From the NCBI GenBank assembly GCA_035084275.1, contig CM068757.1, positions 5,394,001 to 5,458,000 of the forward strand: a DNA stretch of 64,000 nt, given 5' to 3'. The notes under the pieces were generated by a model that did not search any database, was not told the DNA's origin, and was given only the letters and a program-made list of their open reading frames with translations. The DNA comes from Hydrolagus colliei (Eukaryota). Below are positions 12,879 through 24,692 of the stretch, piece by piece. How positions within the stretch are numbered: position 1 is the first letter of the stretch; each line of letters opens with the position of its first letter. Both the position numbers and the translations under genes were made by a program.

Positions 12879-14814
12879 TTTGTCAGCAATAACTGGAGCA
12901 GGATTAGTTCTGAGTGTTAATTTTTCCGCCTGTATTGAGAATCTGTGCTGATTTCTTGCTGAGCTATGTGTAACTTATATAACTATAAGTCACATGCCCA
13001 GCAAATAGCTTGAATGAAAATTACCTACTTGACCAAATTGCCCTGCATATGTATTAATATTAATATTTATCAGGCCCGTGATCGAAATTGAGACACACAA
13101 CTGCGATAAATGTTAGGTGAATAACATAAGCTACCCGAAAGAGCTCCCATATAGAGAAAAAGGCTCCACAGACAGACAAAATGCTTTGTTACGATAATGG
13201 CTTCAATTCCTGTGATGTATCTTTTTATTCACTTGTGTTTCTAACAAGAGTCAAATGATGGAGTAACAGGTGCGAGTACCGAACGTCTATCACCTCAACA
13301 CTCTCCTTGGCGTCACTGCAATTTTCAGTTCCTTTCTAAACAGGATCGAGGCACTGGAATTCTTTGATCTCACAGGTATAAAAATCAAAGGAAGCAAAGC
13401 TACCAAAAGGGAGTTTCAGAGAGATTCAGTTGAAATTGCACAATAAAGCAGAGTAGCATGCTCCGCTGGATTCTTGGAGTACTGCGATCCTTGCTGTATC
13501 GCTGTGGCAGTGAGAGGTGTATGTTGTGCCATTTTCAAATATATTCCAGCGGTAGCCAGTGTATGAACTGCAGCACCAAAGTGGACACTGTTTTGACGTC
13601 ACCTCCTCATTTTCAGAGATGGGAGCTCTTTGAGATGTCCTCCCCTGAAAGCAGCTGTAAAAATATGTATGTGGAAATACATATAAATATACATTGTAAT
13701 AAATATATAAACATCTTTATAAATATAATGTATGAATATACATTGTAATAACATTTTGGTTTTCATCCTTGTGATGATTAAGGCAGTGAGTGAAGGTACG
13801 TTTACCTGCATTATCAGAGCGTCGTTCAAAATTGGCGGCAGCAGGTTTCACCAATACTCATAAAATAATATTCTCGGCCAATATTACAACAGGATTCTTG
13901 TATAGAAGTTGAATGGGGATGATCCATAAGGAGCAATTTGATATATTGATGTAACAGACTTTTTATGGACCCATTTTATTGGTGATTCTGTGATTAATAA
14001 AGCAGTATATCATTAGAGTTCTAATTAAAACTGATGAAGGCAGAGGCTCATCTAGTATCAATAAAATACAATAAATTACTGCCTCCGTAGCAAATGTACA
14101 CTATTAAGAATAATAATTCAAAAATAACTCGAGGCTTTGCTTATGGCAGAAATCTAATTTCCCTTTGAAACTCCCTCATTTCAATGTAAGATTTTTGGCC
14201 TTGAAACCTGGTCAATGTGGTATGAATTGAGGTGACATCTGCATAATCTGGCTGAGAATGATACTCTGCATTTATTAAAAGATTCCAAACAATGAAACCA
14301 TTGATGCTGTTAAATTTCACTCAACGTTCACTTTGCCTTTGCAGATTCGTACAAAGTTGCTGAGCTCTCCCAGGAATCTATGCAGTTAAGCCGCAGGAGG
14401 ATTGTGTAATTGACGGCGTCAATAGGCAGGCAAAGTATTGGCATCGGTGCCTGTGGATGGATAGTGGGGGGAGTGTAGAATACAAAGAGAATGGAACAGT
14501 TTTCCTTTCTGACAGATGGGCGTCTGAACAGAGAGAATATCTGAGAGAGATTTGCAAGGCAGCATCCAGGTTCTCAGGCTCTGAGCTAAGCTCAAGGGTT
14601 TATAAGCAAAGAAAATGGACAAATGCTTCCCCACTTGACCACAAGACACCCTTACCCACACACAATGTTACGACTAACGACCAGACATTAGATTACCTTC
14701 CCTCCCACTACTCCTCCAATGAGGCACAAAGCTATCAATAAAAGCAAAGAATACCATTTGTATCTACGTTTATGAAGTGATTCCAGTCAAGAGATAGTAA
14801 TTAATCACCTCTTC

Positions 14815-14987
14815 CCCACGGAAGACTGATAGATTTTTAAAAAATACAGGGATTAGGGGATACAGGGATGGAGCAGGTAATTAGAGTTAGGTCAGAAGAT
14901 CAGCCATGATCTTATCAAATGGTGGGGCAGGCTCGAGGGGCCGAATGGCCTACTCCTGCTCCTAATTCTTATGTTCTTATGTTCTTA
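14815..14987 (+). mobile_element. CR1-type LINE 3' end
   Basis: gatcagccatgatcttatcaaatggtggggcaggctcgaggggccgaatggcctactcctgctcc followed by a (TTCTTATG)n tail. Confidence 0.9.
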
Positions 14988-15304
14988 GAATTGTGTGAGA
15001 CTAAAGGTAGGATTGTATAGAACTTAAGCATTCTGGTGTGAAGGACGCTATATAAATGCAAGTTGTCATTGTTGTTGTTGGGTGTGGATAATGGCATCCA
15101 TAAGTACATATGGAAAGATTTATTTTTCTCCCTTCTGTGAACGCATGTGTTTGGTGAAGGACAATCATTCTGTCATTCGTTACTCAACACAACCTAACCA
15201 ACTCTGTTTTTGAATTGATGTTTTGTTGCCACTAAAGATCATTGATGCACATGAACAACTTTATATGAACATTTTCTTTGAGTTTGGTTTAAGTAGCATT
15301 GTGC

Positions 15305-15442
15305 TTAATGTAGCTGTGTGCAAATGGACTGCCGCTTTCACGCACAAAATAGACACTGCACTTTACAGTACATCATCTGAAGTGCTTTGAGTTGTTCAAG
15401 GAAAAAGGTACTATGTAAAATGTAAGGACTATTATTATTATC
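15305..15442 (+). mobile_element. Deu SINE 3' fragment
   Basis: gctgtgtgcaaatggactgccgc...ctttacagta...tgaagtgctttgag...aaatgtaaggactattattatt. Confidence 0.75.
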
Positions 15443-16260
15443 AATGGTAATAATAAAAGCAATGATAATGTATTTGCCCATTCTCCTCATCTTCTGACAT
15501 CCATTTTGGTGGTGGGAATAGGGTTTCTGAAAACCTGGCTGATATCTGTATCAAAATCATCAGATCAAGCTTTGAGATTTGTTTTCAGATGAGATGGAGC
15601 TCCTGTGGGATACAGATTCTCTCTTATGTTACCCGAGGAGACTGATCATTGCCTGAATGGCAGGTGGCACAACTTATTGGAGATGCAGAAAGGGTTAATA
15701 TTTCATAGTCAAGGATGCCAGCTTTACCAATGCGCAAGATATGAAAGGCGTCTAAAAATTTCAAGCAAGAAAATACAGCATCCAGGGAGGATCCTGCCTG
15801 CACCTTATTCTGATCCTCAGCATAATTTGACAGTATTGATTGCTGGGTTTTTTGTTCCCTGTTGAGATCACAGTCTCAAGACTCCCTCACACACTATGGA
15901 AATTTGAGGTATGAACTGAATCTTTCAGTAGCTAGATGAAAGATTTGAGTGTTGAGGGAATAGGTTCTTAATAAGAAGACAATGCATTTTTTTAATTTCA
16001 AAATATATTGTAAATATGACTAAAACTAAGTGGACGAAGTGCCACAGTGTTTTAGCAAACTGTTGTTTTACTACTGAAAGATGAGGTTTGAATCCCGCCC
16101 AACCTAATTAGGTGAAAGCCTCCTCTTTCTGTGAGTTGAAGGGCTCAGCAGCACTAACTATCTCTAAATTTATAAACTTGCTAAGAGAAGCCATATAAGG
16201 ACGAACATAAAGTATTGGAAATGGAAGTTTTTCACAGCGCTGCATGGAGGAGCACTCTCG

Positions 16261-16586
16261 GGAAAGCTGTAGCTCAGTGGTTAGAGCACTCGTATTAGAA
16301 GCGTGGCTGACTTGCCTGTATTTGAATCCAGGCAAGTCAGGGCAAAACCTTAGGTACATTTCCTTACTCCACACGCCTAATAATCATCTCTCCAAAAAAA
16401 ACCCACAATATTAAAATTGGTCATTTCAATCCACGACTGTTTCTGGGACACTGCTGTGCACAATTGGCTGCCACGCTTCGTCCACAAATATACAGTCAAT
16501 TCACTTTACAGTATATTCTGTGAAACGCTTTGAGATGTATAGAAGATGTGAAAAGTGCTGCATCAAATGCAAGGATTATTATAATA
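16261..16586 (+). mobile_element. full-length tRNA-Deu SINE (short subfamily)
   Basis: tRNA head tgtagctcagtggttagagc...tgaatcc, Deu block gggacactgctgtgcacaattggctgcc and tail aaatgcaaggattatt. Confidence 0.95.
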
Positions 16587-17492
16587 AAGTGGTTCAAACG
16601 CATTGGTGGGGAAGCTCAATAAAGATAGCTTCACTCACCACCTGACTATACTGTGATGGGAAATGTATCAGTCCATTGTCAAATGCCTACTCAACCATAC
16701 ATCAGTATTTCTTTCACATTCATAATTGACATTGTGATATGTAATTCAGCAGTTATGTTCATGTGTAGTGTCAAAACGACAATTACCTACAAGTGAAATT
16801 CTGCACAAGTTAAACTTGGATAGTGATGGTGCTCAGTCTGCCTCACTCTTTTTAAAACAGTTTCTAAAGGCCTCACCTATTTATATACCTGAAATTTACT
16901 TTTTGACTGAGAATATTTGGAACCATTGAAATATAATATCCGTCAACTGAGCCAAATTTGGGGGTATATTCACACAAGGTTGCACTTGTCACATACTATT
17001 TCAGATTTAAATCAGCTTTCGCCCACAAATATACAGTCTTATGGAGAATACCTGCTTTATTCTCAACGCACCCGACATTAAAGTCCTTCAGAGCAGGGAA
17101 CAGAGTCTCTACAATCTACTTCAGTCAATGAACACTGAGGAGACTTCTGTCCTTGCAACCCTGATAGTTAAATTTAAAGAGCTGCACATACTCTTTAATA
17201 AAATGAATAACAATTAAAAACAATCTATTGACAGTGCAGTGAACTTTTAATGCATCATTTATGAGTGGCAATTGAATTTATTCATCCCATGGGCATCTGC
17301 TCCACAGTGACGTAAACCCATGAGTTGGCAGAACTATTTGTTATTGGGATCTAATTTCTAGGTTCCAGGGTAAATCACTGTGTAAACACCAGCCCACATG
17401 ATGTACCGTAAAGGGTCACATGTGCCCCTGCCCAAACTCTTCCAACATCAGTGAGAAAGCATTCAGCAGTACTACAACCCACCCCACCCTTT

Positions 17493-17845
17493 GTGGAGTC
17501 TTGTAGAGCATTTGTTAAAGCACTCGCCTTGCAAGCTAGAGGCCTGGGTTCAATTCCCAGACAGGGTGAAATGTTAGGCACGTTTCCTGACTCCACACAT
17601 CTCTGTTTACCTACCAATAAATAAAAACCTGATGGTTAGTCAATCGGTGAATCATCTTTTCCGGGGATAATAATCCCTTAATAAAAAAATGTGGTCGCTC
17701 AACCCTCGCCTGTTTGTGGGACACTGCTGTGCGCAATTGGCTACCGTGTTTCGCCTACAAAGTATACAGTATACACTTTAGACTGTCTCAAAGACATGAT
17801 AAGGTACTATTCGAATGCAAGAATTATTCTTATTCTTATTATTAT
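17493..17845 (+). mobile_element. full-length tRNA-Deu SINE (long subfamily)
   Basis: Head with ctcgccTTGCAagc and box B gggttcaattccc, an extra ~65-bp internal segment, Deu block and TTA-type tail. Confidence 0.92.
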
Positions 17846-17849
17846 CTCT

Positions 17850-18017
17850 CTGGGAAAACCTCTCTCACCCCCTCCCTCCCTGCCTTCAAAACAAGTGTAA
17901 AACCTATCTTTTCAAACCAGCGTCTGAACCCTTCCCCCAAGCTTGGACTCCCAGTCAGCTCTGTAAATGCTTTGAGACAATTTCCTGATGCTCTATATAT
18001 ATGTAAATTGTAGTTGT
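17850..18017 (+). mobile_element. L2 3' fragment (old)
   Basis: aaacctctc...ccctccctccctgccttcaaaacaagtgtaaaacctatcttttc, then the tail tgtaaatgctttgagac...gctctatatatatgtaaattgtagttgt. Confidence 0.7.
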
Positions 18018-18394
18018 AAAATGAGTGGACAGCACTAGATATAAACTGCTGTATTCCATACCAATCTAATACAATTTAAACATAAGGAAACCACGAGGAA
18101 TGATATTGAGGCATTGCTAATGCTATTTTGGCTCAAGTTAGAAACACTGATATCTAATTATTTATGTTTTCAAACTGAATATACAGAAGACAGATATATG
18201 GAACTAACTGTCCAAGGAGACATGGAGATGGATAGGGTAGGCAAATTCAAGACTGAATGAGCTTTAAGTTGGTGAAAGAAATTGAGAGGTAAGAAATAGA
18301 GCAACATGTTTCTTAATAATCTTTAGATTTGATACAGCAGCTTCACTTCAGGAGGATGCCTCAAAGAAAAACACGGGAGAGTCTGAAAAGTGCA

Positions 18395-18650
18395 GCCACT
18401 GTATTTTTGTAGATAACCAAAATACACACAACACAACGAAGTCCCACAAATAATGTTAACGTCCACCTGAACTAGCAGACGAGACCTTGGTTTAACATCT
18501 CAATTGAAGGATGACACCTCTGACAATGCAGCGCTCCCTCAGTACTGCATTGCAGTTTCAGCTGAGACAATTTGAGTTCAAAGTCTTGACGTGGGGCTTG
18601 AACCCACAACTGTCTGACTCAAAGGCGAAGTTGCTACCAACTGAGACGGA
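18395..18650 (-). mobile_element. old Deu-type SINE with tRNA head
   Basis: Minus-strand head ctcagttggtagcaac...gagtcagacagttgtgggttcaagcccc, then gcagtactgagggagcgctgcattgtcagaggtg. Confidence 0.85.
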
Positions 18651-19254
18651 TTGACAGCAAAATTGGGGCTGACCAGATGGACCACAGGAATCTTCCAGGC
18701 CCCAGATGTTCCCAATCTTTCTTTGTACAAATTCCCCTCAATCCCCAAATCCTTTATCTTCTTCAATCTGCTGTAGCCTATTCTGCACAAGTTAAACAAC
18801 ACCCGTCTGTTCTCCCACTGATTAGCTCCCTGGATGCCTTTCGGATTGTGGCTTCTCTCTGCTGAATGATTTTAAATCATTTATATCCAAGTAGCAAAGC
18901 AAAAACAAATCTTTGTCAAACGATACAAATTGCATAAAACACTTATTTTGTTTTTCTAAAACTTTTTTTTTTGACCCAGGAGGAATTGTAGTCATCCCTT
19001 TCAATTGCAACTGTTTGATACTTTGCAATGGATTTTTTGACGCATAAAAGTTGTTTGATGGGATTTGGTTGAAAATATTGCACCAATGCTGAGGTACTAA
19101 AAACACCATAAAATCATGATAAGCAGCTCAATTCCACCCATAATATAAAAATTCTTCCAGTATTTATTATGTTTCGACAGTATGTGAATATTACCGGTAA
19201 TTAAAAGCTGGGAACAAGCCTACTGTTAAAAGGTATTTCCACATTCTGTTGCTT

Positions 19255-19563
19255 TCTGTAATCTCGAGACTTCTCAAAACACTTTGCAGGATCTTACTGT
19301 CAATTGACTGTAGTGACTGTGTGTTTCGCAAGTAAATGCAACAGCTTATTTGAGCGTGGCATGGAAAGCCATGAAATGATGACCGGTTTTATCGGGGCTT
19401 GTTAGGCTGGGATACGGAGAGGCACCCTTTCCTTTGATGAACAATGCCAACAGGATCCTTAACATCCACCTGAACAGGCAGACTGACTCGTACTTGAAGG
19501 ACGGCACCTTCGACAATGCAACATACCCCCCAGTGCTGCATTGAAGTGACTATGAGAACAAAG
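19255..19563 (-). mobile_element. old Deu-type SINE lacking its head (left arm of an inverted duplication)
   Basis: Contains rc(cctgttcaggtggatgttaaggatcc) and the tail region; near-identical to parts of 19731-19872. Confidence 0.85.
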
Positions 19564-19654
19564 GCAGTCATGGAACCCCGACAGCTGAATTATTCAAAAA
19601 GTGCCCTTTAATTGACAATTTTCCAGTTATTGCTTCAATTGAGTAGCCACACAA

Positions 19655-19878
19655 GATGTCAGTCTGAATCAGTTGGCAGCACTCTCTCTCTGAGTCATGA
19701 AGGCTATGGGTTCAAACCCCACATTATAGACTTTGTTCTCATAGTCACTTCAATGCAGCACCGGGGGGTATGTTGCTTTCCATGGTACGCGCAAATAAGC
19801 TGTTGCATTTACTTGCGAAACACACAGTCACTACAGTCAACTGACAGTAAAATCCTGCAAAGTGTTTTGAGACATCTC
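19655..19878 (+). mobile_element. old Deu-type SINE with head and internal deletion (right arm)
   Basis: tcagttggcagcactctctctctgagtcatgaaggctatgggttcaaacccc head; the middle ~150 bp is missing. Confidence 0.85.
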
Positions 19879-19946
19879 TTAAAGCATTGCTCAATGTTTT
19901 ATTCATAATATGTATCTGGACCATGTCAGCAGGTCAGCATCCATTT

Positions 19947-20235
19947 GTGGAGTCCTGTAGCTCAGTGGTTAGAGCACTCGCCTTACAAGCGAGAAACCTG
20001 GATTCAATTCCAGGCAGGGTGAAATCTTGGGCAAGTTTCCTTACTCCACATGGCTAATAATAATCCCTAAAAAAGAAAAGCCAATCATAAATTGGTCATT
20101 TCAATCCACTGTTTGTGGGACACTGCTGCGCCCATTGGCTGTTGTGTTTCGCCCGCATACATACAGTCAATTAACTATACGTCCTCCAGACGTGAAAGGC
20201 GCTCAATAAATGTAGTTTTGTTGTTATTATAATAA
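19947..20235 (+). mobile_element. tRNA-Deu SINE (short subfamily) ending in an L2-type tail
   Basis: gtggagtcctgtagctcagtggttagagcactcgccttacaagcgag head and Deu block; ends cgtcctccagacgtgaaaggcgct...ttttgttgtt. Confidence 0.92.
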
Positions 20236-20239
20236 TAAT

Positions 20240-20502
20240 AAAATAATACTCCTCACATTTATATAGTGCTATCCACGTCTTATCGACATCTCAAAGCACT
20301 TCACAACAACGTCCCAAGGTTGGGACCAGAGCAGGGGGGGGGGAGAAAACAAGAGGGAAGAAAGGGGGGAAAAGAGCTATAGACCAGAGCAGGTGGGGAG
20401 GAGTTGTGGTTGGGGAACGGAAAGTAGGAAAATTGACTGTATATTTGTGGGAGAAACGCGGCAGCCAAATTGGGCACAACAGTGTCCCACAAACAGTCGT
20501 GG
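20240..20502 (-). mobile_element. Deu SINE 3' half interrupted by a purine-rich insert
   Basis: Reverse-complement tail at 20240-20305 and reverse-complement Deu block gactgtatatttgtgggagaaacgcggcagccaaattg...cccacaaacagtcgtgga. Confidence 0.85.
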
Positions 20503-20539
20503 AAATGGGGCCAGGGGAGAAAGGGGGAAAAGAGTATAT

Positions 20540-20632
20540 AGTATATTCTGTATTCTGTGAAGTGTTTAAGCTGTCAAGAAGACGTGAAAAGCACTATATC
20601 AAAGGCAAGGACTACAATATTATTATTATTAT
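20540..20632 (+). mobile_element. SINE tail fragment
   Basis: tattctgtgaagtgttt...agaagacgtgaaaagcactatatcaaaggcaagga...tattattatt. Confidence 0.85.
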
Positions 20633-20894
20633 TCATTTGCAGGACATTATCTGTGGACCCAGATGCCTGCACTCCTCTTAGTTTGCTAGAGGGAGGTAGG
20701 GTGTCAGAGGGCCTTGATAGGGATGCTGGCTTGCGCTGAGGTTTCTCCCAATTCCACCCCCACCCAAAATAAAAATGTCAACCTGAGGGTTTTCGAATTA
20801 GGATTTCAGTAACAGTAAAGCCTTCAGAATATACACAGCGTTGATAGAGGTGGTGGGGGGGAGGCGGTGTAGGTTAACAGCAATTGAGATGGAG

Positions 20895-20983
20895 TTTTAC
20901 AGTATATTCTGTGAAGCACTTTGAGATATCTAGAAGACGTGAAATGTGCTATACCAAATGTAAAGATTATTATTATTATTTAT
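20895..20983 (+). mobile_element. SINE tail fragment
   Basis: tttacagtatattctgtgaagcactttgagatatctagaagacgtgaaatgtgcta. Confidence 0.88.
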
Positions 20984-22069
20984 TTGTGTTGGTTTAATTG
21001 AGTACCTCATAGAATTACACAAAAAGCTCATTTTTATTTCTGTGTCGACGAAATGAGGTGAAGATTTTATGAGGGCGTTTTACCTATTTCTATCAGTCCC
21101 CGCCACATTGAGGAGCCTGAGGCAGAAACCTCTCAGTGTCTGTGGTAAGACTCATTTCCCATGTGGAGCTGTGTGTGAGTGCATGTGCTTATGTTAAAGA
21201 GGTTTTTGTATAGAAACCATAGCCCTCTGGCAAAGTTTAAAAAAAAATACAATATCATTAAAATGGTGAATATTATCACAGAAATATATGAAATTTGAAA
21301 CGTGAGACAGAGGTTTGACAACGAAAAGTGATTACTGATCCTTACACGAGGAGCTATTCAGTCTAGTACTGTTATTGTCTTATTACCCTCATTCGTACAG
21401 TCACCGTACAAGTCTTCTTGTAAAACAGAAATGTTGAAATGTGGCACGGAGACAGGTTTGAACGTTTAACTAGCTTCCATCTCCGCTTGTGTCAGTGGTA
21501 AGTGAAACAATCTGTGTTCATGTGGGAGGGGAAGTGAGTTTGTGTTCGCTGATAAGTCCACTTACACGAGGTATCCTCAGCTCAGGGTGCCTCTGGCTCT
21601 CCTGATTAGATTGTAAAATGATTATGCTTGTGTTGCCATATTATTCTCTGCCTTTTCTCTTTACCATACGTTTTGCTGTGTGAAGATACAATGGAAACGG
21701 CAGAATCAAGCACCCAGTGCCTAAATGCCCAGAGTACTGCATGTATGAAGGCCATCCTGAGATTGCTCAGTCGTGAACTTTTTTTTTAACCATTGATATT
21801 GCTTTCCGGCAATCTTTCCCCCTGCTAGTCCAGCTAGGAGCACCCTACCTGTTAGCACTTTGCAGGGTTAACAGGAGTTGAGTGGGTTGATTCCCTGCGC
21901 CCAGTGACTGATCTGCCCTTCCAGGTCCTGCTGACAAGCCAGGCAGATCTGTGGTGTCATCAGCAGTGATATGGAATACTGCAGACTTGCCTGGCTCAGG
22001 AACCAGTCTAGCAAATCAAGCACAAAACCAGCAGATCAATCCAGAGCCCTTCCGATATGCATGGTCTGT

Positions 22070-22250
22070 GGTAGTAGTAATAATAATAATAATATTGCAT
22101 TTCTTTAGCACTTTTCACATCTTCTAGACATCTCAAAGCACTTCACAGAATATAGTGTAAAGTGAATTACTGTACATTTGTGGGTGAAACATAGCAGCCA
22201 ATTGCGCACAGCAGTGTCCCACCAACAGTCGTGGATTATTATCAAGCGTG
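22070..22250 (-). mobile_element. Deu SINE 3' half
   Basis: (TAA)n, reverse-complement tail and gcagccaattgcgcacagcagtgtccca. Confidence 0.9.
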
Positions 22251-23074
22251 TGGAAATTCCTCAATGTTTCACCCTGGTACATTACAATGTGCATTGAACG
22301 ACTGAGCCATTGTAGGGTGTTCCAACTTTTTAGCTGCTTAGGGATGGATGCCCTATTTGAGAAACATCCACGGAACACACAGGGAGTATTTATGTGTTTC
22401 ACTTCCAGAAACACAACATAATACTTATGGGTTGTGCAGGTAGGCCAGATGAAATGGAGGGTGGGTGGGGGGGACTTAGCCTGTTGGACCACCATAGTAT
22501 AGACCAACTGGATCCACTTGTGTAATTAAATACATGACTGAGCAGATTTACTCTTAAGTGGTTCTCAATTGTTAATTTCTCCAAATAAAATTACTGGTTT
22601 AACTACATTTGCCCTACACGGAATGGAGCGAATTCAGATCAAGCGATCTGCAATAGTTTGAAGAATCCTATCACGTTGATTCAGTGTCTGACCCATTAAC
22701 TGCATTAGGCGTTGAATAAACTTGGGAAACATTAGAACGTCTTCATTTTTTTTTAATGTGGTCGGCATGAACTTGCAATCCCAGTGTCTGGGGGTTTGGA
22801 GGTAAAACGCATGGGTGAGCACAAGCTTAGCCAACTTCTTTTCAGTCTCTTCACTATGAAATGTTAATCCCCTGAAAACAAGAAGAAATTGTGCTGCAAT
22901 CCAAGGACAAATCCATTCGCTACTTCTTAAGTGAATATTACCAGGTGTATTCCTTTAGCTGTAAATCCCACGCAAATGCAAATCCAATTGCTTCTTCTTA
23001 TAGAATTTCTTTAGGACAAAGCAGGATTAATTTACTTCACACAAAGGATAATCGTGTTGCCTGGCTCAGTTGGC

Positions 23075-23202
23075 TCAGGCCTCTTACTGCTATGCTCACT
23101 ACAAATATACTCAATATACTTTACAGTAAAATCCTATGAAGCACTTTGAGACACCTCAAACATTGTGATTAGGCGCTAGAATAAAATGCAAGGATTCTTA
23201 TC
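23075..23202 (+). mobile_element. SINE tail fragment
   Basis: acaaatatac...ctttacagtaaaatcctatgaagcactttgagac...aaatgcaaggatt. Confidence 0.75.
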
Positions 23203-24049
23203 AGTGTTGTATTGTTAATCAGCAGCTGGAATTGGTTTCGAGGCAGTGTGGGAGAAGCTAGACCACTGGACTCATTGATTGGTATTTTGAAAAATTAGAT
23301 CAAATGGGCCAAATGGCTCTTTTTCATCCATGTACCTTTGACCTTATGAAAAAAGTCTATGAATGTGTGAGAAAAAAATAATGCTACAACTTATTTAAAA
23401 GACGTGAAAAGCTGGAACCTTATTTGGGAGCACTGGATTCTGTTCTTCCCGATAGATAAATAAATAGAAGTTGGTTTAAAAATCTAAATCTCCTCTAGTC
23501 TGTTGGATGTAACACAGATCCCACACATGGATCCCTGCCCAGCGAACTCTGAACTTACTATAAGGTTACAGACTAATGCTGAATTCAGGTCCTGTTGTTA
23601 AAGATCAGTTTTACAGCTGTCATTACAGCGAAACCACCTTCCTGTCGCAGATTTATTAACAGCAAATGCAAATGGAATTCTAAAATGCTTGTGCTCCCAT
23701 TCAACCCATCCAACAAAATTGTGCATCATATAAATGCAAATTCCGTTTAATGATGTGGATGGCTCATTAGGGAGTGTCATTTGCAGCATCGCGGTGCTCC
23801 AGCTGAATAATGGGGATTGTCCCATTTGTCCTGAAGCATGAGTTGAATTACACAAGGGCCAGGACTGACATGAATCATTGTGAAATAAGAAAAGGAAACC
23901 GGTGCATTGGGAGAGTATAAATCAATCCAGATCAGACCCGAAGATAGGACAAAGAAAGCTCCTCGCCCATTTGATCTGGTCCTTCCCGAATGCCATTCTG
24001 ATACCTTTTCCATCACAGCGTCAAGCTAACAAGTCCAATGTCCTGGGCT

Positions 24050-24190
24050 CCACCGATGTACCACTGTGGAATTGATTGACGGATGCTGTTGGATGAAGCA
24101 AAAAAGCTTCAATGCATTCAAGAGGAACTTAACTGTGTAGATGAGGAACAAAAAGAGGGATAAAGGAGAAGGGAGTAATAGGAGTTTACA
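24050..24190 (+). mobile_element. old CR1 3' fragment
   Basis: ctgtggaattg...aatgcattcaagaggaactta...gggataaagg resembles the CR1 ORF2 end (LWN...AFKREL). Confidence 0.55.
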
Positions 24191-24383
24191 AATGCTCTAG
24201 TGACATAGTAACAAAAGTAGCCATTGTTTGGAATTATTACGAGCTCTGTGTAGCGTGGCTGTGTCAGAAAACATGGAACCTTGTTCAGCTATCTGATGCC
24301 AATACCCTTGTTAACACCCGATTCTGCTTTATAAATGTCACACAGCTCATATAAGCCTGCAGAATGTTCATAAATACCAATGG

Positions 24384-24692
24384 CCTGTAGCTCAGTGGTT
24401 AGAGCACTCGCCTCACAAGCAAGATACCTGGGTTCAATTCAAGGCAGATCAGGGTGAAACCCTGGGCGAGTTTCCTTACTCCACACTCCTAACTCCTAAT
24501 AATGATCCCTTAAAAAAAATTGTCATTTCAATCCACGACTCTTTGTGGGACACTGCCATGCACAATTGGCTGCCACATTTCACCCATGTATATACAGTCA
24601 ATTCACTTTACAGTATATTCTGTGAAGCGTTTTGAGATATCTAGTAGTCGTGAAAAGCGCTACATCAAATGCAAGGATTATTATTTATTATT
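24384..24692 (+). mobile_element. full-length tRNA-Deu SINE (short subfamily)
   Basis: cctgtagctcagtggttagagcactcgcctcacaagc head, Deu block and tail gtgaaaagcgctacatcaaatgcaaggattatt. Confidence 0.95.

Noticed and set aside
19950-20022. tRNA-like sequences (also 16261, 17495, 24384, 38280, 57480)
   Set aside because: No proper acceptor stem, and each continues into the SINE body, so they are SINE heads and not tRNA genes
22634-22872. Minus-strand acceptor followed by a ~78-codon open frame
   Set aside because: Peptide not recognised and no supporting partner exon; compatible with chance
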